From the NCBI GenBank assembly GCA_040756875.1, contig JBFLYH010000001.1:192001-256000 (forward strand): a stretch of 64,000 bases of DNA. Direction: 5' to 3'. Positions 44,509 to 54,127 of the stretch are shown here, piece after piece. Each line of letters opens with the position of its first letter. The stretch's first letter is position 1. Under the pieces are notes generated by a model that searched no databases, had not been told where the DNA came from, and was given only the letters and a program-made list of their open reading frames with translations. The translations under genes were made by a program, and so were the position numbers. This DNA is from a candidate division FCPU426 bacterium. Lineage in GTDB: Bacteria; Oederibacteriota; JAAXVQ01; JAUVAV01.

Positions 44509-45159
44509 CTAAAGCGTTCCGCTGATTTCCTGGTCCAGGCGGTTGAAGAAGGATTCCATGAACGCGTGGCGCTCCTCGGCCAGGCGCTTGCCGCTGGCGG
44601 TCAGGATGCGCTCGCGCACGTGGCGCAGCTTGACCCGGTATTCGCGATAGGCCGTGTCCTCGGGGGAGTAAGCCGGGGTCTCTTCGATGTCCGGCCGGGG
44701 ATTGTGCAGCTTGGCGCCCACCTCGCCGGCGAAGAGGAACGCCCGGCCGATGCCGACCGCGCCGATGGCGTCCAGCTTGTCCGCGTCAAACAGCACCTTG
44801 GCTTCCAGGGTTTCGGGCGCCGGGCCTTTGCGGAAACGGTGGGTGCTGATGCAGTGCGCGACCGCATCAATCACCGCCGGTTCCAGGTGATGGCGCCCCA
44901 GAAGCGTCCGGGCCAATTCCGCGCCCCGGGCCGCGTGATCCAGGGTGCCATTGGACAGGTCTTCCTCGGCCCGGCCGATGTCGTGCAGCACGGTGGCCAG
45001 GCGCACGATGCCCAGGTCGGCGCCTTCGTCGGCCCCGATCCGCTCGGCCAGGGCCAGCACGCGTTCCGTATGCTCCCAGTCATGCGAGCCTTTGGCGCCC
45101 CGAAAGCGGCTTTGGACTTCGAATTTAATCGTCTCGAACAACGCTTCAGTCAGGTTCAA
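44509..45159 (-). CDS. HD-domain phosphohydrolase
   Basis: SHDWEH..RV, LHDIGR, THRFR and DADKLDAIGAVGIGR. Start taken as TTG after a GGAGG SD; uncertain. Confidence 0.88.
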   Translation of the reverse strand: MNLTEALFETIKFEVQSRFRGAKGSHDWEHTERVLALAERIGADEGADLGIVRLATVLHDIGRAEEDLSNGTLDHAARGAELARTLLGRHHLEPAVIDAVAHCISTHRFRKGPAPETLEAKVLFDADKLDAIGAVGIGRAFLFAGEVGAKLHNPRPDIEETPAYSPEDTAYREYRVKLRHVRERILTASGKRLAEERHAFMESFFNRLDQEISGTL

Positions 45160-45231
45160 TGCCGGCCGGCCTCCCATAAAGGATGGCGCATTATAGTATG
45201 TAATCATAAAATATGGGGCTGAAATTTACGC

Positions 45232-45260
45232 TTGACTAATAATGAGCATATGCTCAAAAT
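45232..45260 (+). promoter_or_regulatory. Promoter with perfect 14-bp palindrome upstream of the DUF134 operon
   Basis: TTGACT (45232); TGAGCATATGCTCA (45243-45256) in the spacer; CAAAAT at 17-bp spacing. Confidence 0.65.
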
Positions 45261-45279
45261 GACGCTGGAGGACGACGCC

Positions 45280-45756
45280 ATGTCCAGACCCCGTTTCTGC
45301 CGGCGTGTAGCCGGCACGCCCATCGCTCCGGTTTTCAAATCCGCCGGCATACCGGCCAGCCAGCTCGAGGAAGTGGTCCTGACGCTGGACGAATTCGAAG
45401 CCATCCGCCTGGCGGACGGAGAAGCGCTCTACCAGGAACAGGCGGCGGAGAAAATGAATGTCTCCCGCCAGACCTTTGGCCGCATTATCGAAAGCGCGCA
45501 CAAAAAAATCGCCGATTGCCTGGTCCGCGGCAAAGCCCTGCGCATCGAAGGCGGGGTGGTGGCCGTAGCCGGCAAGAGGACTTTTGTCTGCGGCCAGTGC
45601 GGGCATCAATGGCACGAGGAATTTGGAACCGGCCGGCCACAGGTCTGTCCTGCCTGCCAGAGCCCGTCTCTGCGGCGAATGGACGGGGGTTGCGGAGGCC
45701 GCGGCCATGGGCAGGGCCGTTGGGGCAGGGGCTGGTCCGGCGGAGAAAACGCCTGA
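45280..45756 (+). CDS. DUF134 family HTH protein with C-terminal Zn ribbon
   Basis: MSRP..CRRV, DEFEAIRLAD, MNVSRQTF and ALRIEGG; CGQC...CPAC. Confidence 0.9.
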   Translation: MSRPRFCRRVAGTPIAPVFKSAGIPASQLEEVVLTLDEFEAIRLADGEALYQEQAAEKMNVSRQTFGRIIESAHKKIADCLVRGKALRIEGGVVAVAGKRTFVCGQCGHQWHEEFGTGRPQVCPACQSPSLRRMDGGCGGRGHGQGRWGRGWSGGENA

Positions 45757-45833
45757 AAGCGGCTTTCGGGGTTTGCGGGCTGGGGGCTAGGGATCGAAAA
45801 AATCGGAGCATCAGTCTCCAAAGGAGGCAGGAC

Positions 45834-46172
45834 ATGAAGATAGCCATTCCCATGGCTCAAGGAACCTTGAGCCGCCATTTTGGACACTGCGAGGAGTTTG
45901 CCCTGGTGGAGGTGGACGAAGCGCAGAAAAAAATTACGGGCCAGACGCGCGTCACGCCGCCGCCGCACGAGCCCGGCGTACTGCCGCGCTGGCTGCATGA
46001 GCAGGGCGCGCAGGTTATCATTGCGGGCGGCATGGGGCAGCGGGCGCAGGATCTTCTTGCACAAAGCAGCATACGCGTCATCGTGGGCGTGGAGTCGGAA
46101 AGCGTGGAGGAATTGGTGGCGTTGTTTTTATCCGGAAGACTGCGAACCGGCGCCAATCTTTGCGACCATTGA
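45834..46172 (+). CDS. NifB/NifX (MTH1175-like) FeMo-cofactor-binding family protein
   Basis: HFGHCEEF, PPHEPG, IAGGMG and terminal NLCDH. Confidence 0.88.
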   Translation: MKIAIPMAQGTLSRHFGHCEEFALVEVDEAQKKITGQTRVTPPPHEPGVLPRWLHEQGAQVIIAGGMGQRAQDLLAQSSIRVIVGVESESVEELVALFLSGRLRTGANLCDH

Positions 46173-46218
46173 GGCAACCGCCTACAGCGGCGGAATGAAG
46201 AAAAAGGAGGATTCGATC

Positions 46219-46608
46219 ATGCCAAGAGGAGACAGGACTGGACCAAGGGGAATGGGTTCCATGACCGGAAGGGCGGCAGGTTATTGCGCGGGGAACAACA
46301 TGCCGGGGTATGCCAACGCTGTTGGTGGACGCGGAATGGGAGCCGGCCTAGGGAGAGGCCGGGGTTTTGGCGGGCGCGGAGGTGGTTTTTGGGGCCGCGC
46401 TTTTGGCGGAGGCGGCCGGGGCTGGCGGAATTGGTTTGGAGCCGTAGCCGGGCCTGGATATGCGGCTTCGGCAGCGCCCAATCCATCCCTTACGCCCAAG
46501 TCGGAAAGGCAGGCTTTGAAAAACCAGGCGCAAATGCTGCAAATGGAAATGGCCAACATTCAAAAGCGCCTGGATGAGATGGATGCGGCCGGTAAAGGAG
46601 AGGAATAA
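46219..46608 (+). CDS. DUF5320-type Gly/Arg-rich protein
   Basis: MPRGDRTGP.GMGSMTGRAAGYC, RG-rich middle, coiled-coil end. Confidence 0.85.
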   Translation: MPRGDRTGPRGMGSMTGRAAGYCAGNNMPGYANAVGGRGMGAGLGRGRGFGGRGGGFWGRAFGGGGRGWRNWFGAVAGPGYAASAAPNPSLTPKSERQALKNQAQMLQMEMANIQKRLDEMDAAGKGEE

Positions 46609-46929
46609 ATGAAACTTGGGGTTATTATTACCCAGACTGATCCGGAAACGGTTTTTAACGCGCTTCGTCTGGCGTTGTATAGCCTGGACCAGGGCGATCA
46701 AGTGCGAATCTTTCTATCGGGACGCGGCGTGGAAATCGACAGGATCGAGGACGCCCAGTTCAAGGTTAAATCCCTGGCCGCGCAACTGTTGGACAAAGGG
46801 GGTAAATTTTTAGCCTGCGGCGCTTGCTTGAAACTTCGCGAGTCGGCAGGTTCGGAAATATGCCCGCTATCGACCCTGAAAGACCAGTATGAGCTGGTGC
46901 GTGATTCGGACCGGGTCCTGACTTTTTAA
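46609..46929 (+). CDS. DsrE family sulfur-relay protein
   Basis: FNALRLA, IFLSGRGVE, ACGACL..R and CPLST. Confidence 0.85.
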   Translation: MKLGVIITQTDPETVFNALRLALYSLDQGDQVRIFLSGRGVEIDRIEDAQFKVKSLAAQLLDKGGKFLACGACLKLRESAGSEICPLSTLKDQYELVRDSDRVLTF

Positions 46930-46951
46930 CCCGGTTTTTGAGGAGAGGAAA

Positions 46952-47314
46952 ATGAAAATCGCTTTCACGACTTCCGGGGAAGACCTGAACGCCCCGCTGG
47001 ACAACCGTTTTGGGCGCGCCGCGAAGTTTTTGGTTTACGATTTGGACTCCAAAACCTTTGCGGTGGTTGACAATCAGCAAAATCTGAACGCTGCGCAGGG
47101 CGCCGGCATTCAAGCCGCCGAGACCGTGGTCAACACCGGCGCCAACTTTCTGGTTACAGGCCACTGCGGCCCCAAGGCGTTTAAAGTGCTGATGGCGGCT
47201 GGAATCAAAGTATTTAATACCCAGGCTGCCATCGTATCTGAAGCACTGCGGCAGTATCTTGACGGAAAGCTGGCCGAAGCCCGATCCGCGGATGTGGAAG
47301 GTCACTGGGTATGA
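46952..47314 (+). CDS. NifB/NifX family protein (orange-protein-like)
   Basis: RFGRA, GAGIQAA, TGHCGPKAF and terminal VEGHW. Confidence 0.88.
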   Translation: MKIAFTTSGEDLNAPLDNRFGRAAKFLVYDLDSKTFAVVDNQQNLNAAQGAGIQAAETVVNTGANFLVTGHCGPKAFKVLMAAGIKVFNTQAAIVSEALRQYLDGKLAEARSADVEGHWV

Positions 47315-48165
47315 TCGTGGCCGTGGCTTCGGGCAAGGGCGGGACCGGCAAAACCACGGTTTCGCTCAACCTGGCCAACGCCTGGCCCGGGCCGGTCCAG
47401 CTCGTGGACTGCGATGTGGAGGAACCCAATTGCCATTTGTTTTTACAGGGCTTGCCGGCTGGGGAAAAACCGGTCGCATTGCTGATTCCGCAAGTGGACG
47501 AATCGCGGTGCGACGGCTGCGGCGAGTGCAGCCGCTTTTGCCAGTTCCATGCCATTGCCGCTGCAGGCGGCAAGGCTCTGGTGTTTTCTGAATTGTGCCA
47601 TGCCTGCGGCGGTTGCAGTCTGGTTTGCCCGCGCCAGGCGATCCGGGAGGTTCCGAAGCGCATTGGGGTCGTTAGTGTGCTGCAAGCAGGCCAGATGACC
47701 TTGATTCAGGGTAGACTCGATGTGGGTGTGGCGACAGCGCCGCCGCTCATCCGGGCGGTCAAGGCCTGCGTGAATCCGGCGCTGCCTGTGATCGTGGACG
47801 CGCCCCCTGGAACTTCCTGCCCGGTGGTCGCCGCGGTTCGAGAGGCGAATTATGTTCTCCTGGTCACCGAGCCCACGCCTTTTGGTTTGCATGACTTGAC
47901 GCTGGCTGTGGATACCATTCGGGCGCTGAAGCTTCCCTTCGGCGTGGTGGTGAACCGCATGGGTGTGGGCGATGATCGAGTGCAGGCGTATTGCCGGCAA
48001 CAAGGAATAGAGATCATGCTGGAAATACCGGACGACCGGCGCATTGCCGAGGCCTATTCGCGCGCCGAACTTGCGGCCTGCGTTCTGCCTGAGTATGGCG
48101 CACTGTTCCATACGCTGCGAAATCGGGTATTGAGCCGGATGGCAGAAGCGGAGAGGAACGTCTGA
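47311..48165 (+). CDS. MinD-type P-loop ATPase with inserted 2x[4Fe-4S] ferredoxin domain
   Basis: SGKGGTGKTT, DCDVEEPN, CDGCGEC...C, CHACGGC...CP and EPTPFGLHD. Confidence 0.9.
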   Translation: MIVAVASGKGGTGKTTVSLNLANAWPGPVQLVDCDVEEPNCHLFLQGLPAGEKPVALLIPQVDESRCDGCGECSRFCQFHAIAAAGGKALVFSELCHACGGCSLVCPRQAIREVPKRIGVVSVLQAGQMTLIQGRLDVGVATAPPLIRAVKACVNPALPVIVDAPPGTSCPVVAAVREANYVLLVTEPTPFGLHDLTLAVDTIRALKLPFGVVVNRMGVGDDRVQAYCRQQGIEIMLEIPDDRRIAEAYSRAELAACVLPEYGALFHTLRNRVLSRMAEAERNV

Positions 48166-48776
48166 TGGCAGCCGAAAGGAAGGAACCATCCTATTGCCGG
48201 TCATGCCATGCGGCTTTTTGGCAGGGCGTCTTCCAGGCGGAGACGGCGTATCTTGAACGGCATTTGCGGGGTTGCAGAAAAGTGCTCAGCGTGGGCTGCG
48301 GTCCGGCTAATATTGAAGGGAACCTGCTTTGCGCCGGCTTCGATCTAACCGGATTGGATGTTTCCCGGGAAGCGCTTGCAGGCGCGCCAGAAGGGCTTCG
48401 AACCATGATCGGCCGGGCGGAAAAACTGCCGTTTGTGGAAAATTCGTTTGATGCCGTGGTGTTTATCGCGTCACTGCAGTTTGTGGAGGATTACCGCCAG
48501 GCGCTCGCGGAAGCTGCGCGGGTGCTGCGGCCCGGCGGGAAGGTGATCGCCTTGCTCTTGAATCCGAAATCGCCTTTTTATCGGGAACGCCGCGCCAATC
48601 CCAATTCGTACGTGAGGCACATTAAGGCTGCCGGCGTCGAAGATATCCTGGCGGCTGCAGAGGGCAGGTTCAGCGTCCAGGACGAGTATTTTCTGGGCAT
48701 ACGCGGTGAGACGGTTTACGAGAGCCGCGATCCCTCTGAGGCAGCCATATACGCGATCAGAGGCATAGTTCGATGA
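48165..48776 (+). CDS. Class I SAM-dependent methyltransferase
   Basis: VLSVGCG, GLDVS, FDAVV and RVLRPGG. Confidence 0.85.
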   Translation: MAAERKEPSYCRSCHAAFWQGVFQAETAYLERHLRGCRKVLSVGCGPANIEGNLLCAGFDLTGLDVSREALAGAPEGLRTMIGRAEKLPFVENSFDAVVFIASLQFVEDYRQALAEAARVLRPGGKVIALLLNPKSPFYRERRANPNSYVRHIKAAGVEDILAAAEGRFSVQDEYFLGIRGETVYESRDPSEAAIYAIRGIVR

Positions 48777-49120
48777 GCGTGGAAGAGGAAAAATTCCAGG
48801 AGGTGTTGCAGGATGAACTCCGCGCCCGGGAGGCGGCATGCAGCCTGCTGGGTGTGCAACCAGGTGCTGGGACAGAGGTGTTAAAAGCCGCGTATCGGCG
48901 GGCAGCCATGACGCAGCACCCGGACCGGAACCCCGGGGATTCTGCGGCGGCGAGGAAATTTATACTGATCAAATGCGCATATGAACTGTTGGCCAATGGC
49001 GTGCAGTGCGGAGAACTGCTACGAAAGATCAGCTCTTGGAACGACATGCCCGAGACCGTCCGCCACCAATTGGATAGTCCTTGGGGTTACTTCACATGGT
49101 GGCGGGACAATTATTTTTAA
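48773..49120 (+). CDS. Small J-domain (DnaJ-like) protein
   Basis: LKAAYRR...HPDRNPG...F..IK.AYELL. Confidence 0.85.
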   Translation: MSVEEEKFQEVLQDELRAREAACSLLGVQPGAGTEVLKAAYRRAAMTQHPDRNPGDSAAARKFILIKCAYELLANGVQCGELLRKISSWNDMPETVRHQLDSPWGYFTWWRDNYF

Positions 49121-49219
49121 CCAGGATACGCGGGCGGCAGGGCGGCGGAAGAGAACCGTTTACTCGGCCGACGATGAAAAGTGAAAAGCGCAGGCTTTGA
49201 AAGAGGGGCCCTAAACGGC

Positions 49220-50491
49220 ATGACGGGAATCAATCTGGGAAAGCGAACGACGGTCGCCGTGCTCGGCGCCAGCGCCAAACCCGAACGGACCAGTCACCAG
49301 GCGGTCCTGCTGCTGAGCCAAATGGGATTTGACGTCTTTCCGGTGCATCCGGCAATTTCCCGGATCGCCGGCCTGACGGTTTATCAATGCCTGAGCGACA
49401 TTGAGGCGGGCCTGGACACCATTACCGTCTATCTGTCGCCCGAGCGTTCCAGCGCTTTGCAGATGGAATTGCTTTGCGCCCGGCCGCGGCGGGTTGTTTT
49501 CAACCCGGGTGCGGAAAATCCGGTCTTGGCTAAGACGCTGCTGGATGCCGGTATTGAGGTGCTCAACGCTTGCACCCTGGTTCTGCTTCAAACCGGCCGG
49601 TTCGGGCCGCCGCAACAGCCTGCGCCGCTGCGGTCATGCGCGGCATGCGCGCCCTGCTTCATCCGGCAGGCTGAGGAAGCCCTCACGCTTGCCGGAGTGT
49701 CCGGCGAAACCAGGGAAGCCTTGCTGCGGGAAATAGCGGAACTGGCCCGATCCGGCAGCCAGGGGGCTGTGCCGCCAGAGGTTAGCCAGCGCATCCAGCG
49801 TCTCATCCGGGACCGGACTGGATGTCAAGATCCATACCGGAAGATGAAGTCCGAGCTGAACCAGGCTGCCTTGTCCTTGCTGCCGGAGGTGATGCGGAAG
49901 ATCCCGGAAAAGATGACAGCGCAGGAGGCGGCTGTGCGCCTGTCCATCGGCGGAAACATTCTCGACGCCGGCGCGAAAAGCGGCCTGGAAATGGACAAAG
50001 CATTGGGGACGCTGGAACGCGTGTTTACGCAACCGCTGGTGGGTGATTGGAGCGGATTGTTCGCGCGAACTGCAAGTGCGCGGCGGATTTTATTTTTAGC
50101 GGACAATGCGGGGGAAATCGTGTTTGACCGGCCGTTGCTTATGCTCTTGCCTCGGGGTGCGGTGACCGTGGCGGTGAGGGGTAGGCCTGTGATCAACGAC
50201 GCCACGCTCGAGGATGCGGCTGCCGCAGGGATCAGCGACCTTGCGGCGGTTATGGATAACGGGTCGGATGCCCCGGGTACTCTGCCGGGAGATTGTTCGG
50301 GCGCTTTTCGCGCGGCATTCGCTGCCAGCGATCTGGTTATTGCCAAGGGACAGGGAAACTATGAAACCCTGGCCACGGAAGAGAAACCAATGGTTTTTCT
50401 TCTGCAGGTTAAATGCCCGGTGATCGCGGCGCATACCGGCGCGGCGGTGGGAACTTTGCTGGTTCGGCATCAAGGAGTGAAAGCGGCATGA
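49220..50491 (+). CDS. CoA-binding domain fused to DUF89/ARMT1-like metabolite phosphatase
   Basis: N-terminal VLGASAKPER...FNPGAEN...ACTLVLL; C-terminal CAPCFIRQ, GNILD, DNAGEIVFD, INDAT and KGQGNYETL. Confidence 0.85.
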   Translation: MTGINLGKRTTVAVLGASAKPERTSHQAVLLLSQMGFDVFPVHPAISRIAGLTVYQCLSDIEAGLDTITVYLSPERSSALQMELLCARPRRVVFNPGAENPVLAKTLLDAGIEVLNACTLVLLQTGRFGPPQQPAPLRSCAACAPCFIRQAEEALTLAGVSGETREALLREIAELARSGSQGAVPPEVSQRIQRLIRDRTGCQDPYRKMKSELNQAALSLLPEVMRKIPEKMTAQEAAVRLSIGGNILDAGAKSGLEMDKALGTLERVFTQPLVGDWSGLFARTASARRILFLADNAGEIVFDRPLLMLLPRGAVTVAVRGRPVINDATLEDAAAAGISDLAAVMDNGSDAPGTLPGDCSGAFRAAFAASDLVIAKGQGNYETLATEEKPMVFLLQVKCPVIAAHTGAAVGTLLVRHQGVKAA

Positions 50492-51357
50492 CCACATCGA
50501 TCAAGGAATTGGTCGTGATCAGCGGCAAGGGCGGGACCGGCAAGACCAGCGTGGCCGCGTCTTTGGCGGCGCTGGCCGAACGCCCGGTGATCGCCGACTG
50601 CGACGTGGATGCCGCGGATCTGCACCTGGTGTTGGCTCCAAAGGTGAGGGAACGCCGCGATTTCTACGCAGGCCGCGAGGCGGTGATCCGGCAGGCGGAT
50701 TGCACCCGCTGCGGCGAATGCGCACGGCTCTGCAGGTTTCAGGCTGTCGTGAGGAAAGACGGCGGCTATCTCATTGATCCGGCGTCCTGCGAAGGCTGCG
50801 GGGTCTGCGTGCGCTTCTGCCCGGCCAAGGCCATTGATTTTCCGGAACGCCGCTGCGGGGAATGGATGATATCCAACACCCGTTTCGGCCCCATGGTTCA
50901 CGCCCGGCTGGCGGCGGCGGCCGAAAACTCGGGCAAGCTGGTTTCCCTGGTCCGGCGCGAGGCGCGGCAAATCGCGGAGCAAGAAGGCCGCCCCTGCGTC
51001 ATCGTGGACGGGCCGCCGGGCATTGGCTGCCCGGTGATCGCTTCACTGGGAGGCGCCACGCTGGTGCTGGTGGTCACCGAACCCACCGTTTCCGGGGAGC
51101 ATGATCTGAAACGGGTGCTGGCGCTGGCGCGCCACTTCGGGGTGCCGGCTGCGGTCTGCGTGAATAAATGGGATATCAATCCGGCCATGGGAGAAAAAAC
51201 CGAGGCACTGGCGCTCCAGGAAGGGGCGCGTCTGGCAGGGAGGATTGCTTACGATCCGTTTGTGACCCGGGCGCAACTCCGGGAACAAACCGTGGTGGAG
51301 ACGTCGGCGCCCTCGGCCGCGGCATTCAGGGATTTATGGCGCGACTTAAACTCGTAG
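50488..51357 (+). CDS. Second MinD-type ATPase with ferredoxin insert
   Basis: SGKGGTGKTS, DCDVDAAD, CTRCGEC, CEGCGVC, ENSGKLV and DGPPGIGCP. Confidence 0.9.
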   Translation: MTTSIKELVVISGKGGTGKTSVAASLAALAERPVIADCDVDAADLHLVLAPKVRERRDFYAGREAVIRQADCTRCGECARLCRFQAVVRKDGGYLIDPASCEGCGVCVRFCPAKAIDFPERRCGEWMISNTRFGPMVHARLAAAAENSGKLVSLVRREARQIAEQEGRPCVIVDGPPGIGCPVIASLGGATLVLVVTEPTVSGEHDLKRVLALARHFGVPAAVCVNKWDINPAMGEKTEALALQEGARLAGRIAYDPFVTRAQLREQTVVETSAPSAAAFRDLWRDLNS

Positions 51358-51372
51358 GAGGAAGTGCAGCCA

Positions 51373-52671
51373 ATGGGATGCCAAGAACTTGAATCGCTTT
51401 CAGAGTACGCGCGGGATCACGCGGCTTATCCGCGAAATCAGGGGCCGATGGAACGGTACGACAGTTATGCACGCATGACCGGACCATGCGGGGATACGAT
51501 GGAATTTTGGTTGAAAATCAGCCAAGGCAAAATCGAAAAAGCCTCTTTTACCACGACTGGTTGCGGGCCGTCGCTGGCGTGCGGCAGCATGGCCACCTGC
51601 CTGGTCAAAGGTAAAACGGTGACAGACGCAGCCGCTGTGGAACCGCGGCACATTTTGGAGGCTTTGCACGGGTTGCCCCCCGAACATGAGCACTGCGCCT
51701 TATTAGCCGCCACGGTGCTGCGGGCAGCGTGCGCAGCATGGTTCGAACAGCAGCGGACGCCCGGTTTTGCCAAGCAAGAACGGGCTTCTTCCTGCGAAAC
51801 CTGCGAAGACAAAACTTGTCCGGCTATCGCTCCCCGCGGGGACGAGAGCCAAAAAGAATTCGAGGAGCGCCGCAAACTGCAATCCCGGCTCTGCCGCATC
51901 CGGCGTAAGATCGTGGTGCTTTCGGGAAAGGGTGGCGTCGGCAAAAGCACGGTAGCCGTCAATCTGGCCACAGCCCTCATGCTGGCGGGAAAACGCGCAG
52001 GCCTGCTGGACGCGGATATTCACGGGCCGAGCATACCCACCATGCTGGGTTTGGAAAACGAGAAAATCGAAAGCACCCCGGAAGGATTGGCGCCGGTGGA
52101 GTTGGGCGGCTTGAAAGTCATGTCCCTGGGTTTTATGCTGCAGAGCCCGGATGACGCCGTCATTTGGCGCGGGCCCATGAAAATGGGTGTGATCCAACAG
52201 TTTTTACGGGATGTGGATTGGGGCGATTTGGACTATTTAATTATCGACTCCCCGCCTGGCACAGGCGACGAACCGCTTTCCGTCTGCCAGCTGATCGGCA
52301 AACTGGACGGGGCGCTGGTCGTGACCACTCCGCAGCAGGTGGCGGCCGTGGATGTGCGCAAGTCCATTACTTTTTGCAAACAACTGCAGGTGCCGGTGCT
52401 GGGCGTGGTGGAAAACATGAGCGGTTTTGCCTGCCCCAAGTGCGGTGAAGTGACGCAGGTGTTTCAAAGCGGGGGAGGAAAGCAAATAGCCGAAGATATG
52501 CAGGCGCCGTTCTTGGGATCGATTCCCTTGGATCCGCAAATTGCCGAGGCGTGCGATCAGGGACGGGCGTTTATCCACCGCTTTGCCTCGACTCCGACGG
52601 CGAAAATGCTGAGGCAAATTATCGAGCCCATCATCGCCTTTGCGGAGGACGTCCGGAGCGGCAAATCATGA
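51373..52671 (+). CDS. NifU/IscU-like scaffold domain fused to Mrp/NBP35 (ApbC) ATPase
   Basis: GPCGDTM, GCG...ACGS and HCA (scaffold); SGKGGVGKST, DADIHGPS, IWRGP, DSPPGTGD and ENMS..CPKC. Confidence 0.9.
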   Translation: MGCQELESLSEYARDHAAYPRNQGPMERYDSYARMTGPCGDTMEFWLKISQGKIEKASFTTTGCGPSLACGSMATCLVKGKTVTDAAAVEPRHILEALHGLPPEHEHCALLAATVLRAACAAWFEQQRTPGFAKQERASSCETCEDKTCPAIAPRGDESQKEFEERRKLQSRLCRIRRKIVVLSGKGGVGKSTVAVNLATALMLAGKRAGLLDADIHGPSIPTMLGLENEKIESTPEGLAPVELGGLKVMSLGFMLQSPDDAVIWRGPMKMGVIQQFLRDVDWGDLDYLIIDSPPGTGDEPLSVCQLIGKLDGALVVTTPQQVAAVDVRKSITFCKQLQVPVLGVVENMSGFACPKCGEVTQVFQSGGGKQIAEDMQAPFLGSIPLDPQIAEACDQGRAFIHRFASTPTAKMLRQIIEPIIAFAEDVRSGKS

Positions 52672-53126
52672 GCCCGGTTCTGCGGCAGAGAGAGCTTGAG
52701 AACCTGAGGAACGCACGGCATGGCCGCTGCGTGGCCTGCGGATCGGACAATCCGCAGGGCCTGCAGCTCCGCTTTCAAGCCCTGGCCGAAGGCGGCGTGG
52801 AGGCGGTTTTTGCATGCGCGGAGCGGTTCGCGGGGTATGCCGAACGTCTGCACGGCGGCATCACCGCTTCGCTCTTGGACAGCGCCATGACCAATTGCCT
52901 GTTCGCTTGCGGCCAGGCGGCGGTCACGGCCGAACTGAACGTCCGCTACCATGCGCCGGTGGCCATCGGCCAAAGCGCCGTGATCCGCGCCCGGCTGGAA
53001 CAGCATTCACACGGGATGAGCCGGGTCCGCGCCGAGCTTCGCCAGGACGGAATGCTCAAGGCTTCGGCCTGGGGTAAGTTTATTCAGCCCGAGCATCTTC
53101 CGGGGGCCCGCAGTCGTGCCGCCTAG
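52668..53126 (+). CDS. PaaI family thioesterase
   Basis: CVACG..NPQGL, LHGGITASLLD and TAELNVRY. Confidence 0.85.
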   Translation: MSPVLRQRELENLRNARHGRCVACGSDNPQGLQLRFQALAEGGVEAVFACAERFAGYAERLHGGITASLLDSAMTNCLFACGQAAVTAELNVRYHAPVAIGQSAVIRARLEQHSHGMSRVRAELRQDGMLKASAWGKFIQPEHLPGARSRAA

Positions 53127-54127
53127 AGTCCGCATCACAATCGTTGTCAACGACGAGGCGCGCGATACCGGCCTGCAGGCCGAGCACGGCTGGAGCGCCT
53201 GGCTGGAATGCGGCGGCCGCCAGGTCCTGATGGATACCGGCCAGGGTCCGGCGCTGGCGCCCAACGCGGCGGCGCTGGGTTTGTCCTGGGAGCGCCAGGA
53301 GGCTGTTGTGGTCAGCCATGGCCACTATGATCATACCGGCGGCCTGGCAGTGGCGCTGTCACAGGCCGCGCGCTTGGCCGTGTATGCCCACCCGGCGGCT
53401 TGGCAGCCGAAATATGCCTGCCCAGCCGGAGAACCGGCGCGCGATATCGGCACCGCGCCCTCTTTGGCCGCCCAAGCCCGCGCTCTAGCCGGAAACTGGG
53501 TCGAAACGACAATGCCGGTTGAGGTAATCCCTGGACTTTGGCTCACCGGGCCCATCCCGCGGCGCACGGCTTACGAGGATGCGGGCGGGCCTTTTTTTTA
53601 TGGATTCCGGGTGCCGGCAAGCAGACGAACTGCCGGACGACCAGGCCCTTTTCTTCGAGACCCGGCAGGGACTGGTTGTGCTGCTGGGCTGCGCCCATGC
53701 CGGAGTGGTCAATACCGTGGAGTATATTCGCGGCTTGAAGCCCGGTCGGCCGTTCCAGGCCGTGATCGGCGGCATGCACTTGCATGCCGCCTCTGCGGAA
53801 CGGATGCGCCGGACGCTGGAAGCGCTGGACCGGTTTGCGATCGGGTTGCTTGTACCCGCACACTGCACCGGCTCCTTGGCAACAACTGCAATGCGGCGGC
53901 GTTTTGGAGATCGGTGCGTAGCCGGCTTGGTTGGAATGCGGTGGACTTTTGATTTGCGAAAAAAACTGACTCGGAAACGGCAGCGTGAGAATCGTCGTTT
54001 TCGGAGGAACGGCCGCAGGCTCCACGTCTGGCTGGCCAGGGAAGCCGGCCTGAAAACCGGCGCGACCGGCGTTTGGCGGGGTTCGCGCAGGCGCGTGAAA
54101 GGACGAAAGCGTGAAAAACCACTTTGA
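53116..54127 (+). pseudogene. MBL-fold metallo-hydrolase split by a +1 frameshift in a T8 run
   Basis: Frame 1 carries AEHGWS, MDTG and SHGHYDHTGG; the other frame carries DDQAL, GCAHAG, GGMHL and HCTG. The switch falls at the T run 53592-53599. Confidence 0.8.

Noticed and set aside
45834-47314. Nitrogen fixation genes
   Set aside because: Only stand-alone NifX-like domains are present; there is no nifHDK or radical-SAM nifB.
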